NCBI RefSeq assembly: GCF_001194135.2 | Contig: NC_068989.1 | Location: forward strand, 70,507,185-70,571,184 | DNA: 64,000 nt | Origin: Octopus bimaculoides | Taxonomy: Eukaryota | Direction: 5' to 3' | Shown here: piece by piece, positions 25,725-37,379 of the stretch | How the letters are laid out: every line of letters starts with the position of its first letter | Numbering within the stretch: position 1 is the stretch's first letter | Made by a program: the position numbers and the translations under genes | The notes under the pieces: generated by a model | Databases searched by the model: none | What the model was told of the DNA's origin: nothing | What the model saw: only the letters and a program-made list of their open reading frames with translations

Positions 25725-26010
25725 TCAGCGTTTAACATCCATTGCACATGCTGACATGAGTTGGGCAGTTTGCCAGGACCCAACAAGTCTAAGGACTACA
25801 TCAAGCACCAACGTCTACTTTGCATGGTTTCTATGGCTGGATGCCTCTCCTAATGGATTTATTACTTTAGACTGTACTGGGTGCTTTCTCATAACATGAG
25901 CAATTAGTAACGTTAACATGCAACTTGCAAGCCTAAGACCCCCTTCCACTCAGCAGGTGGATTTATACTAGGAGATGAGAGGTTAGAGTATAAGAGAAAG
26001 GGCCATACAA
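25725..26010 (-). mobile_element. Retroposon family D copy
   Basis: catcagcgtttaacatcc...ggtttctatggctggatgcc. Confidence 0.6.
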
Positions 26011-26169
26011 CTTGGCCCTCAACTGCATTCAAGGATGACTTTGTATTATGTATCGGACTTTCATTAATTTAGTTGACCATGCAGTTGTGAACAGATGCAG
26101 ACACCCCTTTGTCTGCCCATCCTTGACCTAGTTGAATATCTAGAATGTTACAACTGGAGAGAGAAAGCT

Positions 26170-26315
26170 GCAATGATATTGTGGATGGTAGTTTATTTAT
26201 TGACCCCAGAAGGATGAAGCAAAGTTGGCCTTGCTGAAATTTGAACTCAGACCATATAGAAAGCCAGAACAAATACTGCAAAGCATTCTATCCAATGCTC
26301 TAATAACTCTGCCTT
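26170..26315 (-). mobile_element. SINE family A partial copy
   Basis: ttattgaccccagaaggatgaagcaaagttggcc...tttgaactcag. Confidence 0.65.
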
Positions 26316-26354
26316 ACATACATATTTTTCTCTGTCTTTATTTTCACAGAATAT

Positions 26355-26540
26355 TCGTAAAAAGAACCCAGTATGCTCTGTAAAGTGGTTGGCATTAAAG
26401 AGGGCATCCAGCAGTAGAAACCATACCAAAACAGACCATTGGAGCCCAGTGCAGCTCTCCAGCTTGCCAGTTCCTCTCAAACTGTCCAATCCAAGCCAGC
26501 ATGGAAAACAGGTGTTAAATGATGATGATTATGATGATTC
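26355..26540 (+). mobile_element. Retroposon family D copy with (ATG)n tail
   Basis: gtggttggcattaaagagggcatccagc...ccagcatggaaaacaggtgttaaatgatgatg. Confidence 0.7.
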
Positions 26541-28224
26541 TCATTGCAGCTCATAAAAATAGTTTTGTCTTTATTGCAGAAACATCAGTAGGCTCTATAA
26601 CAAAGGGTGTATAATATAATATAATATAATATGGTATAATATAAACTATTTGCATTGGTAAAAGAGATTATATATGTATTAAGGGCAAGGTTTAAAAAAA
26701 AATGGTTTTAACTGTTACCCCCATCGTCTTTGTGCTGATTTTTGTTACAACTAGAATTTTATGGCTGAGAATATTGAATGCAGAATATCAACATTTTTCA
26801 AGTCAACCAAACATACAATTTGATTGGAATGTTTTACAAATGAAATTAAATATACGAAAAAAAAAATTTAAAAAAAAAAAAAAGGAAAGAAAATTTTAAA
26901 TCACAAGATCCATTTGCGGAAATAGCAGATAATGGATTGATTTCTGAAATGTTAATACAATCAAAAGCAGATTTGATATAAAAATAAATCAGTGTAGTTG
27001 TAGTAGTACATGCATATCTACTGAAAGTAAAGTTTCCTTTGCAAGTGATAGACATATCAACGTGAAAAGAAGAAATGGTAAAAACCTCCATGCAATTACT
27101 ATGAGTATCGTGCTTTTGATGAAGATCCACATGAGATACTCTTAGCAGAAAAAAGAAAAAAAATAAATTGCTGAAATAAATTTAGAAAATGATTGATGGA
27201 ACAAAAGAAATGATTGCTAGAGGAAGAAAAAAAATTCTTTGTCTGGTTTGCAGTGATATATATGGATATGTTAAATGGTAGAGTGTTGTTTATTATGGTG
27301 GTGCTGAGGTTAATCTTTTAATGAGTTATGAAGTCTTGATGAGGCCAAAACTTGGCACCAAATTGCACGATGCAGGTATTAAGTTAATGATAAAAAAAAA
27401 ATTGTCATAAGGCGCACTATATGTATATGTGCGTATGTGTGTATAGCATATTTGATGAACAATGATATTATTATTGATAGTTCAGCTTTCTCTGTCATGG
27501 TCAATGAGACGATCTCACACTACACACCTTCCTTCTAAGCTCTGCTGTAAACAGCAGAAGTGAGCTAGAATGTTAAAACTTAGTGCACATGCACAGTAGA
27601 GTTCAAGATCAACCTGTGCCAGGCAGCTTCACTCTGTGTGCTTGAGCTTCATTACTATGGCAACAGTCCGGATACTTATTGATCGAACCACATATATGTC
27701 TAAATGTCCTGTCACTTGGAGATAAGTTGCGAAAAATCACTGTGCTGATGACACTATTTGAGGCAGAAACAGGTCCCAAGTTGTCCTCTTGTTGTCAGAC
27801 AATCGCATTGTCTTTTTTTTAATGGTATGTCAATTTTTGCTTCTTGAAATTATACCCCTTCCTTACTTCTCAATTAGGGATTGGTCCCACTGGCCTCTAA
27901 GTTATTTTTCTAACTTCTCTGAAAGTGGAGATAATTTCAATAAATCAAGAAGTTATGTTATATGGTATTTAATATATGTTTGTAGTTCAACTACATGCCA
28001 TGGACCATTCAGAGTTAGTTATCCTTGGCTCATTTTTGAAGGAGCAGACCTTGAGAATAGAGACAGCATGTCATTGACGAGGTTGTGAATGATCATAAAA
28101 GAACTTTGGTAAATCAAGCTGAGTGAATGATTGACAGAACAATTAATCAAACAATCTAGTTAATTGGTTAACCAACTGATTCTCCAGGAGTGCAATAAAG
28201 TATGTATATGCATTTATATATATG

Positions 28225-28510
28225 ACGGACTCTCCCATCGAAGATGACATGTGAGTGTTCAGCTTTCGCTGAATGATCTGCACAAATGATTTGTTTACAG
28301 TGATCAAATGTATGTGCTGGACATTAACTCGCTCTTTCCATCAAACTGATGTCTGAACAGGTGCACGGTGTACCACATGTTAGGTGTTGAAGTGATCACA
28401 AAGCAACATGAGATGAAGCGTTTTACTCAAGAACACAATGCACCACTTGGTCTAGGAACTGAAACCACGATTTCGTGATCATGAATGCAACACCCTAACC
28501 ACTAGGCCAT
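28225..28510 (-). mobile_element. SINE family C copy
   Basis: gaagcgttttactcaagaacacaatgc...gatcatgaatgcaacaccctaaccactaggcc. Confidence 0.65.
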
Positions 28511-28515
28511 GTGTC

Positions 28516-28555
<40 letters not shown>

Positions 28556-28556
<1 letters not shown>

Positions 28557-28907
28557 TTTTTTACTTGTTTCAGTCATTTGACTGCGGCCATGCTGGAGCA
28601 CCCCAGGACTTATTCTTTGTAAGCCTAGTACTTATTCTATTGGTCTCTTTTGCTGAACCGCTAAGTTACGGAGACGTAAACACATCAGCATCGAGTGTCA
28701 AGCGATGGTGGGGAGACAAACACAGACACAGAAACACATACATACATACGACGGGCTTCTTTCAGTTTCCGTCTACCAAATCTACTCACAAGGCTTTGGT
28801 CGGCCCGAGGCTATAGTAGAAGACACTTGCCCAAGGTGCCAAGCAGTGGGACTGAACCCGGAACCATGTGGTTAGTAAGCAAGCTACTTACCACACAACC
28901 ACTCCTA
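28556..28907 (-). mobile_element. SINE family B, near full length and young-looking
   Basis: Complete head with A/B boxes through to the tail; very similar to 17340-17490. Confidence 0.9.
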
Positions 28908-29289
28908 CACCATATATATATATATATAATACTTATATTACATAGCTAGTAGAGTGTCAGTAAGTGTACACAAATATACACTCTTAACAATCTACTGGAG
29001 TTTTATATCTATTTCTTAACCAAGATCTGTCAAAGTCTGTTATTCAAATCCAATGAATTCTAATAAGAAGTTTATCATAAAATCATTTTAGCCATTGGAT
29101 ATAAATCCATTCACAGAAGGATTATTGAATATAAATCCAATCACAGAAGTATTAGAACTAAATTCAATCACAGAAATATTATTAAAACTAAATCCATTTG
29201 CTGAAGAATTATCCCCATATATTCTATCAATATACGATATAATGTCTTGTAAAAACTAAATAGAGCAAGCATCATTTGGTACTCATTAT

Positions 29290-29884
29290 CAGATGAGTGG
29301 ACTGGAACAATGTGAAATGAAGTGTTTTACTGAAGAACACAATGTGTTGCCTGGTCTGGGAATTGAAATCATGGTCTTGTAATAGCAAAATCAATACCCT
29401 GACCACTAGGCAGGTAGCTTCACTAAACACAACACTACAACTCTTGTGTCAGCAACGCCATTTTAAGCCTATTCTGCAAATCTTTCGAGAAATAATACCT
29501 GCTTTTGTCTAATCAACATCCAAATATTTTACTGTTTACTTGTTTCAGGCATTGCACTGTGGCCATGCTGGAGCACTACCTTGATGGATTTAGTCAATTA
29601 AATTTGCCCCCGTACTTCTTTTAAAGTTCGGTACTTATTTTAATGGTCTGTTTTGCTGAACTGCTAAGTTACATGAACATTAACATACCAACAGGAGTTG
29701 TTAAGCATTGGAGGAAAAACACCCAGACGTATACACACACAACGAGATTCCATACAGTTTCCATCTACCAAATTTACTCGAAAGGTATTGGTCAGCCTGA
29801 GTCTATAGGAGAAGACATTTGCTTGAGGTGTCATGCAATGGGATTGAACTTGAAACCATGTGGTTGCAAAGCAAGCCTCTTAAA
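29290..29884 (-). mobile_element. Family C fragment (29290-29410) and family B copy (29535-29884)
   Basis: Family motifs in reverse. Confidence 0.65.
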
Positions 29885-30218
29885 CTTTTTTTTTTTACCA
29901 CATAATTATAAAACACTCCAAATCGTGATATATTTATTCAGGTTTTGCTATATATGTTGTACCTAATATGGCTATTAGTTCTTTTTATAATCATAAACTT
30001 TTTCTATAAAATGTTTCCATAATTTTTTTTTTTTTTAATTAATTTGAAAACATTCCAACCTTGAATTTTAATTTGATGTTTTTTTTTTTGTTTTGTTGTT
30101 GACTGCAAGTTGGAGTATGATTGATAATGTGTTTATAAATTATATCTGTGTATAGCAATCATGGAGTTGTTTACTATATAAATACTGCTGATGAAGGCTA
30201 TATATATATACATACATA

Positions 30219-30698
30219 NNNNNNNNNNNNNNNNNNNNNNNNNNNNNNNNNNNNNNNNNNNNNNNNNNNNNNNNNNNNNNNNNNNNNNNNNNNNNNNNNN
30301 NNNNNNNNNNNNNNNNNNNNNNNNNNNNNNNNNNNNNNNNNNNNNNNNNNNNNNNNNNNNNNNNNNNNNNNNNNNNNNNNNNNNNNNNNNNNNNNNNNNN
30401 NNNNNNNNNNNNNNNNNNNNNNNNNNNNNNNNNNNNNNNNNNNNNNNNNNNNNNNNNNNNNNNNNNNNNNNNNNNNNNNNNNNNNNNNNNNNNNNNNNNN
30501 NNNNNNNNNNNNNNNNNNNNNNNNNNNNNNNNNNNNNNNNNNNNNNNNNNNNNNNNNNNNNNNNNNNNNNNNNNNNNNNNNNNNNNNNNNNNNNNNNNNN
30601 NNNNNNNNNNNNNNNNNNNNNNNNNNNNNNNNNNNNNNNNNNNNNNNNNNNNNNNNNNNNNNNNNNNNNNNNNNNNNNNNNNNNNNNNNNNNNNNNNN
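30219..30698. other. Assembly gap
   Basis: N run. Confidence 1.
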
Positions 30699-31009
30699 TT
30701 TCATATGGCCAGACAGCTTTTCATGGAAGGCTAGAAACAAACTACATTACATGTATGATAGTGTTGCCATTTACAGCCATCACATGTCAGGACAAGAGTA
30801 CCCCTAAACACGCAATTATATATATCATACAGACAAAAAAATAATATTTTGAACACTGACAACTTTTTCCATCACATAAGGGTAAAACACCCAATTTTTC
30901 TGTTGCTTTCATGGTTATACTATGTTTGAAATATTACTTTCTTGTCTGTATGATACGATACACATTCAATGTTTCCAAAAACAAAAATAAGTCTGTTTAC
31001 ATATGTTGT

Positions 31010-31043
<34 letters not shown>

Positions 31044-31048
31044 TTATT

Positions 31049-31675
31049 GATGGACTTCTCTCAGTTTCCACGCACAAGGATTTGGTCAACCTGGAGCTAT
31101 AGTAGAAGACACTTGCACAAGGTACAGTGCAGTGGGACCAAACCTGAGACCACATAATTGGGAAACAAGCTTCTTAGCCACACAGCCAAAACCATTTGAA
31201 TATATCCAAATGGATATCCTCAAATGTGAAGCTATCTAGTATTTTGTTACTGAACTGATAAAACGAAAAGGTTATTCCATGAACAACAGTTGTTTGTGAA
31301 TCCACAAAAACGAAGGGGATATTTCCTAATGACATTTGTTCAAGATAATCTTTTATCCTTTTACTTGTTTGTCATTTGACTGTAGCCATGCTGGAGCACT
31401 GCCTTAAAGGATTTTAGTCAAAAAAATTGACTTCAGGACTTATTCTTTTTAAGCCTAATACTTATTTTATCGGTCCCTTTTGCCAAACCACTAAGTTACA
31501 GGGACATAAACACATCAGCATCGGTTGTCAAGCAATGGTGGTGGGGACAAGCACACACACACACACACATAAATATAAACATATTTATATATATATATAT
31601 GATGGGCTTCTTTCAGCTTCTGTCTACCAAATCCACTCACAGGGCTTTGGTCAGCCCGAGGCTATAGTAGAAAAT
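31049..31675 (-). mobile_element. Two SINE family B copies (31049-31187 head only; 31358-31675)
   Basis: Family B motifs in reverse. Confidence 0.75.
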
Positions 31676-31766
31676 ACATTTCTGTACATCCGCCTTAATT
31701 ACGTAGGCCTATGTAATTGCACTGACCAGATACTATAATTTTGTTTTCCTTTTTAAATAGTACCAT

Positions 31767-31996
31767 TTAACACTTTCACATTTAAAACTGGCCATATCTG
31801 GTCAAAATATTCTACTGGTTTTATATTTAAACCAGCCATATGTAACCTTTGACATTTAACCCACAATGTCATTCTAAAAACTAAACAACTGCATTACTGA
31901 AATCTTGAAGCTATGAGATAATACATCATTAATTTAAGACATTGTGAATGAGTAAACTTTACATATGATCGAATAATCTGAACACAAAAGGGTTAG
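31767..31996. mobile_element. Decayed piggyBac-type MITE of a second subfamily
   Basis: ttaacacttt...aaagggtta termini. Confidence 0.45.
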
Positions 31997-32375
31997 GTAT
32001 CATGAAAATATGCCTAACATAAGTTAATGCTGTTGGATCAAACACCTGCTATACTTAAAATCTGCAGTTAGAGAATGAACAAGATTACACACTATTTAAG
32101 GAACATTTCCTCAAGAAAGAGTGGCTTCAATTTTTTTGTCAATAGCAAAGACATTAGCATGCAAGAAGGAAAAAAAAAAAAGGCAAGATATTTGTGGTGA
32201 CCCTGGTGAAATGCGCTCAAAGCAGACGTTGGTGCAGCTGCTGCAATGTGTTGTTAGCCCAGCAATATATATAAGTAATAGTAGTAGTAACATGACTAAA
32301 TGATTAAACAACACTGAAGAGGAAAAGAAGGAGGAGGAGGAGGAGATTGTTAAGTATGGAGGTGATCAGTCTTGC

Positions 32376-32504
32376 CTGGTTAGAACCCTTTTGACTTGTA
32401 ACCGAATCTGAGTCGGTGTCATCATCGTAGTCGCTGTGTAGAGCAGCAGTACAGTTTTCTAAGTCCCTGATTGCCTCCTGAATGTCGAGCAAATCCAACA
32501 AAGA
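32376..32504 (-). CDS. MTSS1: MTSS1-like exon D (SLLDLLDIQEAIRDLENCTAALHSDYDDDTDSDSVTSQKGSNQ), probably with a GC-AG donor
   Basis: Acceptor ctctcccacatgcag|, donor CAG|GCAAGA; 129 nt, phase 0-0; the peptide resembles the start of exon C. Confidence 0.75.
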
Positions 32505-33254
32505 CTGCATGTGGGAGAGATATATATCAGCAGAGAAGATGAAAAATGGATGCACAGAACAAAAAAAAAAAAAGTGTAAGAAAAAAAATTGTAAGAGAGA
32601 GAGAGTGATCGAGAGGAAGAAAGAAAGGTGATAGATTTGTTAACATAAGCAAACTCAGAAGATTTATGATGCTGGCAAAAGATTTGAACATAGTAAGAAG
32701 TTCTTTGATTTTTTTTGTTTAGTTTGTTTTAATTTTTTAAATTTTTAATGGTTAAAGAAAAGACTAGTAGAAAGAATACTTATTACTTTATATCCGATTT
32801 AACAAAATAATTGTTAAATGCTTAAAAAACAAAAAAATGGGGAAAAGTGAAAAAAAAGGGATAACTTTTAGCACATGGAAAGCAGAATAGCTATACAGAA
32901 TATGTACCATAGTTTTGAATAATATGAAAATTTTTTGGAAATATATCCCTGCAAACTTGATGGAAGCTAATTCTATTCTAACATCAGTACACACTCAGGC
33001 ATACACATATATTCTCTCAGTTCAAGATGTCTGCTGTAGTTTGCTTGAAGCATTGTGATAGAGAAATAAAACACCAAAAATAGTAACGATGGAGTGCATG
33101 TCACAATGTGGCAAAGGAATAAATTAAGAACACTGGTTATTCAATTTGTACCTTTACTGCATTCTAAGGACCTATTTGTCTTTACTATTTTTACTATTCT
33201 CTCAGTATGCTTTTAGCATTTCTTTTCTTACAGAAGATAAAGTTGAGATATTGG

Positions 33255-33450
33255 TAATAATTCTGACACAAGGCCAGCAAATTTGAGGGGAGGGTACAAG
33301 TTGATTACATCAATTAGTACTTGTTTTATCGACTCCAAAAGGATGGCAGGTACAGTTAACTTTGGTAGCGTATGCGCTCAGAACAAGTGGCAAAAAAATG
33401 CTGTTAGGCACTTTGTGCAGTGTTGTAATAATTCTGCTAGCTCACCAATA
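33255..33450 (-). mobile_element. SINE family A copy
   Basis: Family A core present. Confidence 0.7.
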
Positions 33451-34286
33451 ATAATAATAATAATAATAATGATAATAATCTGCATTTACTGTATTTTTTT
33501 TGTTATTACTTTTCAAATATATCCTCAAATCATTTAAAATTGAGTTCTCATTATTCTAATGACTCAACTTATTAATCCACTTTATCAAATTGATAATAAA
33601 CCTGATCCTAATTTATCGGAACCAATTGCTAAAAGCCAAGATACCAAAATACTGTAAATTAATTTACTTAGCAATTTGCTTTTTTTTTTGTCTCCAATAA
33701 CCATGATTTGATTCCATGATTTAAGATTGAGATCAAGAAAAGAAGACAAAAAAAACCCAAAAAACAACAAAGAACAAAACAATTGTTTCAAAACATTAGT
33801 GAACTACATCCAATGACTGAGATTTCAAAATAAAATGATATTGATTGACAGAAAATTTTTCTGAAAATATAAAATTCAGAATGCCTTTTGGCAAAAGAAA
33901 ACAGGAGAAATGAAGGTAAAAGCAACTACTATAGTTTTTACTGCTGCTGGAAAATAGCTGAAGTTAAATCAAGCAGAGAAACGTTGAGTAAATTCTTTTA
34001 TTCACACACACACTATGCGCTATATGAATTACTAAGCTGTATCTTTATGATGTTAACTGAATGGTATGTAGATAGAAATAATAAGAGTTAATATTCCTAA
34101 TCTAAACTTCGGTGGCAGTAGTAGTGGTGGTGGTGGTGGTGGATCTCTGTTTGACAACGAGTACACAGTTGTTTGATCTACTGAATTACCTGCTCCTGAA
34201 TTAATGTATATGTAACTGAGTTTTCTACAGACACATACCTCCTTAAATGCAATTCTCAGGTGGAATCAGCATAAGTGTGTGACGAC

Positions 34287-34625
34287 GTTGTACCTTTCCA
34301 ATTACAAGTACAATCCACCTGACAGGCTTCTGTACAGTCTCCGTCTTCCCTATTTCCCTCACAAGGTATGGGTCGATGCAAGGCTATAGAAAAATCACAA
34401 TGTCCAAAATATCACGCAGTGGAATTGAATCTACAATGACAAGGTTGTACCTTTCTCATTACAGGTACAATCCACCTGACAGGCTTCTGTACAGTTTCTG
34501 TCTTTCCTATTTCCCTCACAAAATAAGCGTCAATGCAAGGTTATACAAAATTATATATGTTCAAGATATCACACAGTGGGATTAGACGTGCAACCTTATT
34601 CTTCTTAACCACTCAGCCTACTGCA
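34287..34625. repeat. 157-bp tandem duplication inside a reverse family-B-like SINE
   Basis: gttgtacctttc...gtacaatccacctgacaggcttctgtacagt starts at both 34287 and 34444. Confidence 0.85.
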
Positions 34626-35899
34626 TCCACAGTCTCAACTGTAGAGGACAAAAAGACTGAAGATTTCGAAAATATTTACTACTACACATCTAAAGATTTA
34701 GAAAAATTAAGGAAAGAAAATAAATCTCAATAATAAAAATGCATCTCTTGATACTTTTTCAACTGGCCGAATCAAGTGCCATTAGAATAACGAACCCTTT
34801 CTTGCTTACTTCAGCTCTGGCTTTTGATATTAACCTGCTTGAGATTGCACTTGGTTCTTTATCAAACTCCTGTTTTAAAGTGATCTAAATTAAAACCTTC
34901 CTTTAAAATTCTATGTTGATTTATGTTCCAATATCAGCTTAATAACGACAAAATTATTTTACTAAATTCTTCATTATTTTTTAAATTAATTGAAACAAAG
35001 GCAGTGTATTTCAATGCTGTGATCAATTTAACGCTTTTGGTAACAAGTTTAAATTAATCACATTGACTCAAATATCTTGGGCAGCCATGATGGATTTGAG
35101 CCATTCTAATGTATTATGAATCTGACAGTTTATGGAACAGTTTAGCCAAAGATAAGTATTAAAAAAAAAACAAAAAAAAAAAACCTTGCAGAAACTTATT
35201 TTTATGATAGAAGCTTTGTGATAAATTCATTCTTCATTTATTTCTTTTCTTAATGACTGCATTTTTTTTTCTTTTTCTCCAATCCCCTTCTAATTTTCTC
35301 TAATTTTCAAAGAGTCAAAGAATTTAGTCACATTTCATTCCAGAAAACAATGTAAGAAAAGAAGTCAGTTTAAAATTAAACGAAAAACTGCATGCCAGAA
35401 CAAAAATATGAAAATCCAGCATAAAAGAGAATTAAAAATTAAACATTTTCAAAAATAACAAAAACGAGAAAGGAAGATTAAAAAAAAAATAAATTATTAA
35501 GCATGCCAGAAAAGTGAGCAAAGAAGTGTATTTGCATTGATTGGTTAGAAGCTTGACAAACTGAGACAAAACAAGGGAGAGAACTGGCAGAAGGCAGTAG
35601 CAAGAGACTTAATGATAAAAAAATCAATGAAAATCAGTGGGAAAAAAAACAACAAAAAAACTGATATGTAATGATGTTTGTACAAAGCTATGAAAGCTCA
35701 GATGGTTTGTATATAAAGAAAAAAAAAAAAAAGGAAATGATATTGGTGCCTTCCCAGAGGGAATTTTACCAATGTAGAAAATAAAATGGCTTCAGCCAGG
35801 AGAGACTAAAGCAGAATCAAAGATTTTTGGATCACCAGGGGCTTGCCTAAAACTCAAAGGAATTCACTGTAATAATATTAGTAGAAGTCTTAACAATAA

Positions 35900-36500
35900 T
35901 GGTTTCTAATTTTGGAACAAGGCCAGCAATTCTAGCAGGAGGTAGTTACTTGTTTATATTGTTCCCAGAGCCCAACTAGTAATTATCTTATCGATCCCAA
36001 AATGACAGAAGGCAAAACAGATATTTGAATCCAGAACATAAAGAGTGAGAACTGCTTAGCATTTTGTCCAATGCTCTAACAATAATCCGTTCTACTGTAG
36101 GCACAAGGCATGAAATTTGGAGGTGGGGGCAGGGTAAACCAATTACGTTAACCCCAGTGTTTCACTGGTACTTAATTTATTAAGCCGAAAGGATGAAAGG
36201 CAAAGTCGACTTCAGTGGAATTTGAACTCAGAACATAGCAGCAGACGAAACACCACTAAGCATTTCATCTGGTGTGCTAACCATTCTGTCTTAAATACTG
36301 ACAATAATAACATTTATTTGTAATTTAGTTAAAGGGTCAGAAGTTTTAAAGAGAGGCGATACATCAATACCAGCCATACTAGTCCTTTATTTTATTCCCT
36401 TTGGAGTGATGAAAAGCAAAATTCTCCTCAGTGGAATTTGAACTCAGAATGAACAAATACATTTTTTTCTTTCTTGACACTTCAGCAATTCAGCCAATTT
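35900..36500 (-). mobile_element. Stack of three family A SINEs
   Basis: Cores at about 35900-36080, 36085-36290 and 36330-36500 (the last degraded). Confidence 0.7.
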
Positions 36501-37116
36501 GGAGCCCTTAAAACAACCATCTTTATTTTAAGCATAAGGCCATCAATTTTGAAGGGATGGTAGGTAAGTTGATATCACTGATCCTAGTACCAAACTGGTC
36601 TTTGATGATCCAACAACTCGGACAACTCACCACTATATATGCATATGTATATTTTGTCTGTATAATTAGAGGTACAACTGTTATTGTACAAGTTAGAGCT
36701 CCACATAAGTTATCATTATCCAATCAGCTTTCAGTATGGTGGTTAGTCAACAGCTGTACTTAATAGTTATGATATACAGAGCTTATGTAGCGGAAAATTA
36801 AGATGAACACAAGTATAAATTACAAGTCCTGACATATGTATCACCATTGCAGTTAGCTTAAACTCAGCATCGGATGATCCAAGAGCATTTGGATGTTTAA
36901 CTGCAATGGATCATCAAGGGAACATTTTATTGCATTCAGTTACTGTGATCTAATGCTGAGTTCCAAATCACTTGAGATGTTAAAGCAGTGGTTCTCAAAC
37001 ATTTTTTATCTATGAATTCTCTTTGGGTGGTATTTTACTCTGGTGAACCCTCATAACTACTCAATGTTTAAAAAATCCTATTCTAGTTTTATTATTAGAT
37101 ATTATTAGGAATTGGG

Positions 37117-37201
37117 GGAATCTCAACCATGTTTCGTGCTCTGCTACCATAACAGCTCCTTTATAGGATCTAGTTAGCTCAAGACATCATCAGGAGGAAC
37201 C
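37117..37201 (-). ncRNA. Degenerate type I hammerhead-ribozyme-like motif in a putative Penelope-like repeat
   Basis: CTGATGA-N-stem II-GAAA-C(ATG)G-TT cleavage-like triplet; short stem I (CTC/GAG and GG/CC). Confidence 0.4.
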
Positions 37202-37346
37202 ACGTCCGGTTTCGGCTCCTACTCTTCTACCATTTTGACGTGCCCCTCCCCCCTTCGGAGGTGTCTTCAGCTATGGTGTTGAGTGCATGTCTTCTTTCTT
37301 CTGTTCCCTGGCCTCTTTGATGTAGCGTCAACGAGTGTCAGCGGCT

Positions 37347-37379
37347 GACTGACTGTCTTGTCAAATTTCCCTTTAAATA
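37347..37379 (-). promoter_or_regulatory. TATA-like TATTTAAA with a TCAGTC initiator-like motif 29 nt downstream, inside the nested insert
   Basis: Motifs and spacing read directly. Confidence 0.3.

Noticed and set aside
32121-32313. Acceptor 62 nt after exon D and a nearby GC-rich 39-mer
   Set aside because: Phase 0 gives a stop after 5 codons; the 39-mer fits only phase 1, which does not match this intron
35470-35560. Strong acceptor opening FVKLLTNQCK...IYIFF*
   Set aside because: No donor, and chance acceptors are common in T-rich introns
37210-37272. Second CTGAAGA...GAAA motif in the nested insert
   Set aside because: Stems I and III and an NUH triplet could not be formed
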